A stretch of DNA of 62,713 nt, the filler included. It is 4 parts of 4 records of this genome, joined end to end, with 100 filler letters (N's around TTAATTAATTAA, not from the genome) between each part and the next. Parts side by side here need not be neighbours in the genome. Positions count along the whole stretch, not along the records: positions 1 to 28,801 come from SRR20825010_4761; 3 more parts are not named here. One strand, 5' to 3'. Positions 9,694 through 18,542 of this stretch are shown one piece after another. The first letter of the stretch is position 1, and the number at the start of each line of letters is the position of its first letter. The position numbers were made by a program, and so were the translations under genes. The notes below the pieces were generated by a model that was not told the origin of the DNA, searched no databases, and saw only the letters and a program-made list of their open reading frames with translations.

Positions 9694-10197
9694 CTATTCC
9701 GGTTGCTCACCGTACAGGGCATTCATTTCTGCCTCTGATCGGCGTGCGCGCGCTAATTTGGCTTCCAGCCGTTTTTTCTGCTGATCAAGACCAAGGAAAA
9801 ACGACACCTTGCTTTGTAGTAGCTGGGGATCGATGGGCTTGAACAGATAATCCACCGCGCCACTGCGGTAGCCCTGTTGCACAAAGCGGGTTTCCTTGGA
9901 GATCGCGGTAACAAAGATGATGGGCACGTTCTGGGTGCGCTTGTGAGAGCGCATGATACCCGCGACTTCAAAGCCATCCATTTCGGGCATCTGCACATCC
10001 AGCAGGACCAGGGCGTAGTCTTCCTTGAGCAGTTTGGACAAGGCTTCGTTGCCACTGCTAACGCTATCCACCTGGCAATCCAGGTCCTCGAGCACCACTT
10101 CCAGGGCGACCAGGTTCTGTGGGGTGTCGTCCACCAGAAGCACCCGGGAAGCGGGGAGCTGGAGGTCGTCGTCACTAGTGGGGGAGATGCTGTTCAT
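9694..10197 (-). CDS. Receiver (REC) domain protein with a short coiled-coil tail and no output domain
   Basis: VDD, LLDVQMP (phospho-Asp), FVTA and FKP motifs. Confidence 0.9.
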   Translation of the reverse strand: MNSISPTSDDDLQLPASRVLLVDDTPQNLVALEVVLEDLDCQVDSVSSGNEALSKLLKEDYALVLLDVQMPEMDGFEVAGIMRSHKRTQNVPIIFVTAISKETRFVQQGYRSGAVDYLFKPIDPQLLQSKVSFFLGLDQQKKRLEAKLARARRSEAEMNALYGEQPE

Positions 10198-10248
10198 GCT
10201 GTGGTCCGTACCGTGCCTGAGTTGATACTTTAAGCTGACACGAGCGTA

Positions 10249-11274
10249 TCAACTTTTTACTGATTCGTCTCCTTCTTCAAGCTTCCACTGCTGAACGGCA
10301 ACCTGGCTTTTTACCTGCTCAAGAACGTCCAGCAGGGTGTCGCGAACCAACGCATCCAGTTGCTCCCCTTCACCGCCGGCGGCGTTGATCAGGTCGTGTA
10401 GCAGCTGTTCCAGTTGCGGGCGATTGGCGGGGGAGGCCAGGTCATCCACCAGTTGGTCCACGAAGGCGCTGCCGGTTTCACGCACGGCATCGCCCAGCAG
10501 GGCGATGGCTCGGGGACCAGCAACAGGGATGGCGGCCAGGCGCCGGCCTGCCTGGGTGCGCACCAGGGATTCGTCGGTCAGGTGAGAAAAGTACTCGGCC
10601 AGTTGATCGCGATACTGGCCATGGCTTTTCTGGGTGGCGTTGGCGATGCGGGCGGCGGCAAAGCTCACCAGTTGCTCCTTGCGCGGAGCCAGGACCTGGG
10701 ATTCGATACGATGGAGCAGGGGGCTGCCACTACCAATTTCCCGCTGAGCGCCACTGAGCACATTGACCACCACTCGGTCGGAGATTTCTTCCACAACGAT
10801 GCCGTAGTACTTGAGGATCGTTTGCCCCAGCCAGGTTTGCGACAGGTCGACGATACCCATGCGCTGCAGCCGGAACAGCAGGCTGATGACGCGCAGAATA
10901 CGCAACCAGCGGAAGCTGCCCACGGGGATGCAGCCAAGTAGGTCGTACCAGTGCGCAAAGGGGTAGAAGAACCAGCGATGGTACGTGCGACGGGCGATGG
11001 CGACGATCCAGCGAATAGTGAACTCGGTGAGGTAGACCGCCACGAAGCAGAGGTCGTAGAACAGGAAATCGTTGTGAATGGTGTCCCGGTAAAAGTCATG
11101 GAATGCCGGCGTCAGTGACGCCAGCAGTTCCTGAACGGGAGGCACCTGAAACAACCAGTCGAACAGGATCAGGCCCAGATTGGCGATGACCAACACAATC
11201 ATGCCCAGGTCGATGATAAAGCCAACGGTATCCAGGTTGGCTTTCAGCTTCTCCGGGTGCAGCCTGATCTTCAT
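10249..11274 (-). CDS. Ion-transport-family S1-S4 (voltage-sensor-like) membrane protein without a pore region
   Basis: ATG at 11274; four TM-like segments including YLTEFTIR, WYDLLGCIP and FRWLRILR; hydrophilic helical C-terminal half. Confidence 0.75.
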   Translation of the reverse strand: MKIRLHPEKLKANLDTVGFIIDLGMIVLVIANLGLILFDWLFQVPPVQELLASLTPAFHDFYRDTIHNDFLFYDLCFVAVYLTEFTIRWIVAIARRTYHRWFFYPFAHWYDLLGCIPVGSFRWLRILRVISLLFRLQRMGIVDLSQTWLGQTILKYYGIVVEEISDRVVVNVLSGAQREIGSGSPLLHRIESQVLAPRKEQLVSFAAARIANATQKSHGQYRDQLAEYFSHLTDESLVRTQAGRRLAAIPVAGPRAIALLGDAVRETGSAFVDQLVDDLASPANRPQLEQLLHDLINAAGGEGEQLDALVRDTLLDVLEQVKSQVAVQQWKLEEGDESVKS

Positions 11275-11287
11275 GGGAAGCCCCTGT

Positions 11288-12103
11288 TCAGCCGTTGAAA
11301 CGTGCCCATACCGGGCAATGGTCCGATGGTTTTTCCATGCCACGCATATCGTAATCCACACCGGTGGTATCCAGCTTGGCCATGAGCGGCTGGGTGGCCA
11401 GCACGGTGTCGATACGCAGCCCACGACGGGGTTCGCGGTCAAAGCCTTTGGAACGGTAGTCGAACCAGGAGAACACATCATCGATGGAGGGGTTCTGATG
11501 ACGGTAAGTGTCGGTCAGCCCCCAGCCCACTAGTCGCTCCCACCATTCCCTCTCTTCCGGCAGGAAGCTGGTTTTGCCTTCGCGCAGCCAGCGCTTGCGG
11601 TTGGCTTCGCCGATCCCGATATCCAGATCGGTGGAGGAAATATTGAAATCACCCATCACCGCGACCTGATCGCTGGGCTGGTGATGATTGATCAAATAAT
11701 GCTGCAGATCTTCGTAGAATTTTTTCTTGGCCGGAAATTTTGTCGGGTGTTCGCGGTTTTCCCCTTGCGGGAAATAACCATTGAGTACGGTGATCAGGCT
11801 GCCGTCGCTATGTTTCAGGGTGCCGATGATCATGCGTCGCTGGGCATCTTCCTCGTCAGTGGGAAAACCGTACTGCACGGATTCCAGTGGTTCACGAGTA
11901 ATCAATGCCACCCCGTAGTGGCCTTTCTGGCCAAAAAAATAGGGGTGATAGCCCATATCACGAACCGCCTGCTCCGGGAATTCCGGGTCGTGGACTTTGG
12001 TTTCCTGCAGGCCGATCAGTGCGGGCTGGTACTTGTCGATCACCGCCTGGAGCTGATGCAGACGAGCACGGATACCGTTGATGTTGAATGAAATCAGGGT
12101 CAT
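11288..12103 (-). CDS. xthA: Exodeoxyribonuclease III
   Basis: SFNING, LQETK, GDFN and SDHCPV motifs. Confidence 0.96.
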   Translation of the reverse strand: MTLISFNINGIRARLHQLQAVIDKYQPALIGLQETKVHDPEFPEQAVRDMGYHPYFFGQKGHYGVALITREPLESVQYGFPTDEEDAQRRMIIGTLKHSDGSLITVLNGYFPQGENREHPTKFPAKKKFYEDLQHYLINHHQPSDQVAVMGDFNISSTDLDIGIGEANRKRWLREGKTSFLPEEREWWERLVGWGLTDTYRHQNPSIDDVFSWFDYRSKGFDREPRRGLRIDTVLATQPLMAKLDTTGVDYDMRGMEKPSDHCPVWARFNG

Positions 12104-12262
12104 AGCGCCTCCTTCGTGCCGGCATTGTACACTACCTGAAAAGCACCGGCCGCATATGCCTCGCCAGGATGTATGGCGTTATCGGCCATGGTGTCGCTGT
12201 TGCCAGTACCGCTATGATGTGCCTTTTGTTTGGGCCGGACACCCTGGCCCCAGGGAGAGTTC

Positions 12263-13072
12263 ATGCCTGAACAATCAGGCCAGCGGCAGGTGCTTGCCTT
12301 TGCACACGCCAATGGCATACCTGGCCACAGTTACGACACTTTTCTTGAGCCGCTTGCTGATGACTACGAGTTGCTGGTGCTGGATCGAGTCGGCCATGAT
12401 CCTGCCTTCCCGGTGGATGATGGCTGGCACAGCCTTAGTCTGGAACTGGAGGCTCAGCTGGCGCCGCTGCCCAAACCCATCGTGGGGGCGGGGCATTCGC
12501 TGGGGTCGGTATTGATGTACCTGGTGGCCCAGCGCCATCCGGACTGGTTTTCCTGCCTGATCATGCTCGACCCACCGATGATGAATGGTTTGCATGGGGC
12601 CTTGATGCACGCAGCAAAACTGACGGGGCAAATCGATAAAGTGACCCCGGCAGGTAAAAGCCGTGGGCGCCTGGATTACTGGCCAGACTGGGATTCCGTG
12701 GTCAGCTATTTTTCTTCCCGCGGGCTGTTCAAGGCGTTCGATCCCCGTTGTTTGTCCGATTACCTGAAAGCCGGTTTGGAACCCTGGCAAGACGGCTGGC
12801 GGCTACGTTTTCGACCGGAAGTGGAAGTGGAAATTTTCCGCCATACCCCGACAAACGCAACCCGGTTACCGCGGCTAAAAGTGCCGGGCGCTATCGTAAC
12901 CGGCAAGGATTCGCCGTCACCCTTTCATGACAGTGCCAAGCGCCACGTGAAACGCCATCGCATGCTGCATCGCATTGCGGAGGGCTCGCACATGTATCCG
13001 CTGGAAAAACCTGAGCAGACCCTGGTGCTGTTTCGGGAATTGCTGGATGAATTGCAACCGAAGGGAGTCTGA
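12263..13072 (+). CDS. Alpha/beta-fold hydrolase
   Basis: HANG oxyanion loop, GHSLG nucleophile elbow and GSHMYP His; ATG after GGAGAG. Confidence 0.9.
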   Translation: MPEQSGQRQVLAFAHANGIPGHSYDTFLEPLADDYELLVLDRVGHDPAFPVDDGWHSLSLELEAQLAPLPKPIVGAGHSLGSVLMYLVAQRHPDWFSCLIMLDPPMMNGLHGALMHAAKLTGQIDKVTPAGKSRGRLDYWPDWDSVVSYFSSRGLFKAFDPRCLSDYLKAGLEPWQDGWRLRFRPEVEVEIFRHTPTNATRLPRLKVPGAIVTGKDSPSPFHDSAKRHVKRHRMLHRIAEGSHMYPLEKPEQTLVLFRELLDELQPKGV

Positions 13073-13075
13073 AGG

Positions 13076-13951
13076 ATGGACGCCATCGAACGAAAATTCA
13101 GTGTCTACGGCCAGACGCTAAGCGCGCTCGAATGGCCGGGCCATGACGACGGTGGCACCACTGAGCCCGTTCTGGCCTTGCATGGCTGGCTGGATAACGC
13201 GGCTTCATTTTCGCCTCTATCGGCGTATATGAAACGGCCATTGCTGGCGTTGGACGTATCCGGCCATGGCCATTCCGACCACCGTCCTGATGGTGTGGTC
13301 ACCCATTTGGTGGATCACGTTCGTGATGTGCTGGCCGTGGTGGATCAGTTGGGCTGGGAGCGTTTTACCCTGATGGGTCACTCCATGGGGGCGGGGATTG
13401 CCTGCCTGTTCGCGGCGGCCTGCCCGGAACGGGTATCCCGACTAGTGCTGATCGAAGGGTTGGGGCCGCCGAGTACGGATGGCAAAGATGTGGCTACCAA
13501 CCTGCGTAAAGCGCTGGATGATTCTGCTTCCCTGGCCGGAAAGCGCAAGCCGGTGTATGCCCGTGTAGAGGATGCGATTGAGGCGCGTACCAAAGGGTTT
13601 GGTGGATTGAACCATGAAGCGTCTGCGCTCCTCAGCGAGCGAGGCTTGATGCCGGTGGAAGGGGGGTGGACCTGGCGGGCGGATAGCCGCCTGCGGCTCA
13701 CCTCCTTTTTGCGCCTGACTGAAGAACAGGTCGAAGGCTTTATACGAGCCATCAAGGCGCCTACCTGCCTGATCATTGGCGAGCAGGGCATGGGTGGGAA
13801 TGGCATGTTCGATCACCGGTTGGGCTGGCTGGAGGGAGCTTCGATTGTGCGATTGCCAGGGCGCCATCATTTGCACATGGAAGCACCGGAAAGCGTAGCC
13901 GCCAGCATTAACGATTTTCTTTGCGCCACGGATACAATCATTGAAGACTGA
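13076..13951 (+). CDS. Alpha/beta-fold hydrolase
   Basis: LHGWLDN, GHGHS, GHSMG and GRHHLH motifs. Confidence 0.92.
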   Translation: MDAIERKFSVYGQTLSALEWPGHDDGGTTEPVLALHGWLDNAASFSPLSAYMKRPLLALDVSGHGHSDHRPDGVVTHLVDHVRDVLAVVDQLGWERFTLMGHSMGAGIACLFAAACPERVSRLVLIEGLGPPSTDGKDVATNLRKALDDSASLAGKRKPVYARVEDAIEARTKGFGGLNHEASALLSERGLMPVEGGWTWRADSRLRLTSFLRLTEEQVEGFIRAIKAPTCLIIGEQGMGGNGMFDHRLGWLEGASIVRLPGRHHLHMEAPESVAASINDFLCATDTIIED

Positions 13952-14062
13952 CCAAAACCACCAGGGTATGCATTGATCCGGTTTTAATCGGTCATGGTGC
14001 TGTGAAGCTGTGCGGTTATCCTCGGAAGAAATCGAGACAGATTCCGTCAGGAGAGCAGTATA

Positions 14063-14524
14063 ATGAAAGTGGTTGAAGCGGCAGGATTGGCTGATTATGT
14101 TGGCAAGGAATTGGGTGCTTCAGACTGGTTTCAGATCGATCAGGAGCGCATCAATGCCTTTGCTGATGCCACTCTGGATCACCAGTTCATCCACGTGGAC
14201 CCGGAGCAAGCCCGCAGTACACCGTTTGGCACCACCATCGCCCACGGTTACCTGACCTTGTCTTTGCTACCGTATCTGCAGGCCTCCATCGACGATTTCC
14301 TGATGCCCAAAGGCATGAAAATGGCGATGAATTATGGCTTCGACAAGCTGAGATTCATGGCCCCGGTGAAAGAAGGCAAGCGTATTCGTGCACGTGCCAC
14401 TTTGCTGGAAACTGCCGAGAAACGGGAAGGGCAGTGGTTACTCAAGTTTGCCTTTACGGTCGATATTGAAGGTGAAGACAAACCTGCGCTGGCCGCTGAA
14501 TGGTTGCTGATGTATTTCGTTTGA
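14063..14524 (+). CDS. MaoC-family (hotdog) dehydratase
   Basis: DHQFIHVDP, TIAHGYL and NYGFDKLRF motifs. Confidence 0.92.
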   Translation: MKVVEAAGLADYVGKELGASDWFQIDQERINAFADATLDHQFIHVDPEQARSTPFGTTIAHGYLTLSLLPYLQASIDDFLMPKGMKMAMNYGFDKLRFMAPVKEGKRIRARATLLETAEKREGQWLLKFAFTVDIEGEDKPALAAEWLLMYFV

Positions 14525-14809
14525 CCGGCTTTGCCTGCGGTATGTGTAAACGACAGGCCGCGGGCAGTTTTACGCAGGGGGCGGTGAAGCAAAAGCATTG
14601 ACGGTTCACCGGATTTTTTCCCGGCTTTGCACTTCTGTGATCTCTCTTTGGTGATTTCCTGTTATTCTTGATCTGCTGATTTCGTCGTACTGTGTCGTAT
14701 TGTGGTGTGTCGACGGCGTTAGTGCCTCCCCAGGCGCATTCTCCGACATGAGCGCAAGCACACACGCTCGGTACATAAGAAAAACAGAATAGAAAGGCAG
14801 GGCAGGAAG

Positions 14810-15763
14810 ATGTTGCACCGTCCCCGGCAGTGGTTACGCCACATCGTAGATAACCGTTCCGCCATCCGTCGGGATCTGCGCCTTAGCCTGAATCACCTCA
14901 CCGACATTCCCCGCATGGTCATGCCGGCAGGGGATGAGCCTGGTATTCGTTCCGAACTTTCCTGGTCGTCCTATTCCAGTCGCGGAGAAGCCCTGCTTTC
15001 CTTGCTGCAACTGCTGGTTCCCGCTACCCGGGAATCCATCAGCCAGGGCACGCTGGTGTGTCACCCGCCCCGTGCAATACGTGAGAACACGCGCAGCCGC
15101 TGGTTCTTCATTAATGGCATGGGCACAGCGGGGCCGGTGGCGTTACTGAATGCGTCAGAAATTGCCCGCTTGTTTGGGCGTCCGGTGCATCTGATTCATA
15201 CCCCAACCTGGGGATTGCTGCGCGATGTGGCGGAATCGATTACGGCCAGAACCTTGCGCAAGGATGGCAAGCTGTCACGGCCAGCAATGCACATTCTGGT
15301 GGATGCACTGGAAAACAATGATCGCGTTGTGCTGGTGTGCCACTCTCAAGGCTCCATTGTTGCCAGCTACATCGTGCGTAAACTGTTACGCCACCCCAGT
15401 ACCCGCCCTCTGGTCAAGAAACTGGAGCTGTATTGCATCGGCGGCGTGGCCGACAGCCTGGATATCGATCCGCAACTGACTCTGGCAGCAGGGCACCCGG
15501 TGCCGTATGTGGAGCACTTTGCCAACGGACGCGATTACCTCGCCCAATTGGGCATTCTTTCCCATCTTGATAGCACCGCAGGTACGGTTTACTGCATGGC
15601 AGCCCGGCCTGGACATCTTCTCAACGAACACTATTTGCCTGCTATTGCGCGGGGGGACTTCTGTCAGCGCCGGTCACGGCTTTATGGTTATGTGCGCGGG
15701 CGTGAGCCCGGGCCGCAGGGGGCGCTGGCGCTTTTGAAAAAGGAAACCGGCAATCATGGATAA
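14810..15763 (+). CDS. Uncharacterised alpha/beta-hydrolase-like protein
   Basis: WFFINGM, VLVCHSQG (nucleophile-elbow-like) and EHFAN; overlaps the next gene. Confidence 0.65.
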   Translation: MLHRPRQWLRHIVDNRSAIRRDLRLSLNHLTDIPRMVMPAGDEPGIRSELSWSSYSSRGEALLSLLQLLVPATRESISQGTLVCHPPRAIRENTRSRWFFINGMGTAGPVALLNASEIARLFGRPVHLIHTPTWGLLRDVAESITARTLRKDGKLSRPAMHILVDALENNDRVVLVCHSQGSIVASYIVRKLLRHPSTRPLVKKLELYCIGGVADSLDIDPQLTLAAGHPVPYVEHFANGRDYLAQLGILSHLDSTAGTVYCMAARPGHLLNEHYLPAIARGDFCQRRSRLYGYVRGREPGPQGALALLKKETGNHG

Positions 15764-16844
15764 GGCGCCTAAACCCTTACTGCTGTTTGTGGATGACTCC
15801 AAGGTAATGCGCCTGGCGGCAGACAAGATGCTCGGTGGCGAGTTTCGTGTCGAAGTGGCTGAAAATGGCCTCCAGGCCTGGACCATGATTACGAACAACC
15901 CGTCCATCAGTGTGGTGTTTTCTGACCTGGCCATGCCGGAGATGGATGGCTTTGCATTGCTGAAAAAAATTCGCACAAGTGAGGATGAAGGTATCGCTGG
16001 GTTGCCGGTCATCATTGTTACCGGTGCGGAAAATGATGAAGAGGCCCGGGCAGAAGCGCTGCGCCTGGGAGGAACGGATTTTATCAGCAAGCCGTTTAAT
16101 TCCACGGATTTGCTGGCCCGGGCCAGAGCCCATGCCAATTACCAGAACGAGCGCAAGGAGCTGGCCAAGCAGGCAATGATTGACCCGCTGACCCGGCTTG
16201 GCAACCGCCGTTACCTGGAGCACCGCTTGCGCCAGGAGCTGGCATTGGCCGCGCGCCAGCAGTACAAGCTATCAGTCGTGCAACTGGAGATTTACCAATT
16301 CAATCAACTTTTCGTACAGCTTGGTAAAAAGCGAACGGATATGGTGTTGTTGAAGTTGGCGCAATCACTGCGGGGAGTGATCCGCAAGGAAGATTCCCTG
16401 GCGCGTAGCAGCGTGGCGCAATTTACTGTGCTTCTGCCCAGTGCCGGGCCGGCGGGCGCCAAACGGTTTGTGGAACGAGCGTTGAAAGTCAGCGAAAAGC
16501 TGGCCTTTCAGTTTCGGGGCAAGGTGCAGCGTTTGCCTCTGACTGTGATTATTCAGACCCCGGCTGCTCATGCGGGATTGACGCCGCGTCAGGTACAGCT
16601 GACGCTGGATGAACAGTTGAAACAGGCCCGCAACCTGGGGCCGGGTGCGGTACTCAGTGATGATGCTGACACCACCTTGTCGGTGGATGACGCGGCCCCC
16701 ATATTAACGATTGAACAGGCATTGGCGCTGTTGCGTGCGGGGAAATCCCGTCCCGTTGTCAGTGCCTTGCCGGATTTGAAACGCCAGCTGACACCGCTGT
16801 TACAGTTAATGAAGCGGGTGGCCTCAGGGCAGGAGACAGTATGA
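15756..16844 (+). CDS. REC plus degenerate GGDEF-domain response regulator
   Basis: Intact REC (VDD, SDLAMP, SKPF); DPLTRLGNRR; RKED-x5-SVAQF in place of RxxD-x5-GGDEF. Confidence 0.88.
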   Translation: MDKAPKPLLLFVDDSKVMRLAADKMLGGEFRVEVAENGLQAWTMITNNPSISVVFSDLAMPEMDGFALLKKIRTSEDEGIAGLPVIIVTGAENDEEARAEALRLGGTDFISKPFNSTDLLARARAHANYQNERKELAKQAMIDPLTRLGNRRYLEHRLRQELALAARQQYKLSVVQLEIYQFNQLFVQLGKKRTDMVLLKLAQSLRGVIRKEDSLARSSVAQFTVLLPSAGPAGAKRFVERALKVSEKLAFQFRGKVQRLPLTVIIQTPAAHAGLTPRQVQLTLDEQLKQARNLGPGAVLSDDADTTLSVDDAAPILTIEQALALLRAGKSRPVVSALPDLKRQLTPLLQLMKRVASGQETV

Positions 16845-17347
16845 AAGTAATGGTTGACCGCCAGTACCCCATCGGTGTGGACCGGCTTTACGAAATCCTG
16901 ACGAGCAAAGCGTTTTATGAGACACGCTATGAATGGAGCAAGGTGGACAATTACCGTTTTGGCGCCTTTGAGGATACGTCGCGGGGAAGGTTGATTCAGC
17001 TGATCCAGCCCATCGAAATACGCACAGACAAGGTGCCGTCCATGGCACGTCGTTTCTTGCCGGAAAGCGCGGATTTGCTGACAGAATTTCTCTGGACGCC
17101 CACCACACAGGCCGGCCGCTATCAGGCCGAGTACCGGTTTGAGTTGGGCAATGTTCCCATGAAAATCAGTGGTGTCATGGTACTCACCGGGGACGACAAG
17201 GAAGCGGTTCAGCATACCGAAGTGGAAATAAGCAGTTCGGTGCCACTGGTGGGCAAAAAACTGGTATCGCTGGTCGCACCGAAAATTGATGATGCCCTGG
17301 CGGGGGATTACCGGCATACGCTGCGCTATGTGGAGACCTTTGCCTAG
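16841..17347 (+). CDS. DUF2505-like (START/SRPBCC-fold) protein
   Basis: 168 aa; C-terminal VEISSSVPLVGKKLVSLVA pattern; family from recall. Confidence 0.7.
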   Translation: MKVMVDRQYPIGVDRLYEILTSKAFYETRYEWSKVDNYRFGAFEDTSRGRLIQLIQPIEIRTDKVPSMARRFLPESADLLTEFLWTPTTQAGRYQAEYRFELGNVPMKISGVMVLTGDDKEAVQHTEVEISSSVPLVGKKLVSLVAPKIDDALAGDYRHTLRYVETFA

Positions 17348-17398
17348 TCTGTTATCGCGGTGCCAATGCTTTCTCGAGCAGCCTGCGCCAGCCCCGGT

Positions 17399-18220
17399 TT
17401 ACGGTTCGGGATCCCTGCGGCGATAGCGCTGTCCGCGTTGCTGCATTTTGTTATCCCAGCGTTTTCTGAACCAGCGTTTAAGGCGCCAGTGCGCCCGGGT
17501 AGGCGCTGAGGGAAGGTGCAGGGTTGCTGCGCTCTCGGCTTTGTCCAGCATGGCCATGATATCGGCACTCAGGGACTGCGCAGTATCCAGGCTGTCACGG
17601 ATCTTGCGTTCAAAGCGGGCCTGGCTGAGCGGGTCCGTGGCATCCAGCTGTTCAGACAGCTCCCGGTAAAGGGGCAGTGCGATGAGGGTGGCGTTGACCG
17701 GGCCGCTGGCCAGTTCGCTGTTCAGGCTTTCGGTGAGGGCGACAATACCTGCGTAGGTGCTGCTGCTTGCGGATGTCAGCGGTCCGGCCAGTAAACCGCA
17801 ATCGGGCACCACATTAATAATTCTTCCGTTTCCCTGCTTCTTCATGGCCGTCAGGGCACTTTGGCAGTTGTGCACGACGTGCATGTTCTGCTCGCTGGCC
17901 AGCGTTTGCCACTGTTGTTCCTGGGTGGCTTCAAAAGGCCCTACCAGCAGGTTTCCAGGCAGGTTAATGATCACATCCAACTGCTGCCAGCGGCGCAGAA
18001 CCCGATTTATACCCCGTTGAATATCCTGAGCATTCCCCGTGGTTGTCTCGATGAAGAGGGCTTCATGGCCGTCTTCATGCAGGCTGCGGCACAGCGCACT
18101 GCCGGTGCGTGTGTCGTCACTGGCGATGGCAACCCGGTAGTGGCCGGCGGCAGCACGGGCCAAGGCCTGGCCGAGTGGACTGCAGCCGTGGGTAATAAGG
18201 AGGGTGGGCGATTGTTTCAA
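17399..18220 (-). CDS. Short-chain dehydrogenase/reductase-fold protein with degenerate motifs
   Basis: SDR layout (LDVIIN, GRIINV, GIVALTESL) but the Gly motif and YxxxK are altered. Confidence 0.8.
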   Translation of the reverse strand: MKQSPTLLITHGCSPLGQALARAAAGHYRVAIASDDTRTGSALCRSLHEDGHEALFIETTTGNAQDIQRGINRVLRRWQQLDVIINLPGNLLVGPFEATQEQQWQTLASEQNMHVVHNCQSALTAMKKQGNGRIINVVPDCGLLAGPLTSASSSTYAGIVALTESLNSELASGPVNATLIALPLYRELSEQLDATDPLSQARFERKIRDSLDTAQSLSADIMAMLDKAESAATLHLPSAPTRAHWRLKRWFRKRWDNKMQQRGQRYRRRDPEP

Positions 18221-18259
18221 CGTGCCTCCATAGGCGAGAAGCGAAGCAAAAGTAATGTT

Positions 18260-18306
18260 GTGAACAGGTGTTGACTTGGTGAATTATAAAGTTAACATGT
18301 GTTCAC
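18260..18306. promoter_or_regulatory. Two palindromic operators overlapping a sigma-70-like promoter
   Basis: GTGAACAGGTGTTGAC (18260-18275) and GTTAACATGTGTTCAC (18291-18306); TTGACT-16nt-TAACAT. Confidence 0.65.
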
Positions 18307-18332
18307 ATGAAGCATTAAAGGGAGCAATTGTT

Positions 18333-18542
18333 ATGACTTTATTCTCACGTTTGTTCAAAGATACCCTGGCCCTGATGATTGCGGTTGCCGTAACGGTTTT
18401 GCTCGTTTCAGGCCTTGAAAACAACGGTGAAAACCTGTTTTCCGCAATGCTGGCGTTTGCCTGCATGGTGCCTGTTATTGGCAGTGCTGCTGTTGCCATC
18501 AAGCGCGACTGGGATAATAGCGGGTCTGCACACGCATTCTAA
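18333..18542 (+). CDS. Small two-TM membrane protein (69 aa)
   Basis: GGGAG RBS before the ATG at 18333; two hydrophobic segments. Confidence 0.65.
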   Translation: MTLFSRLFKDTLALMIAVAVTVLLVSGLENNGENLFSAMLAFACMVPVIGSAAVAIKRDWDNSGSAHAF

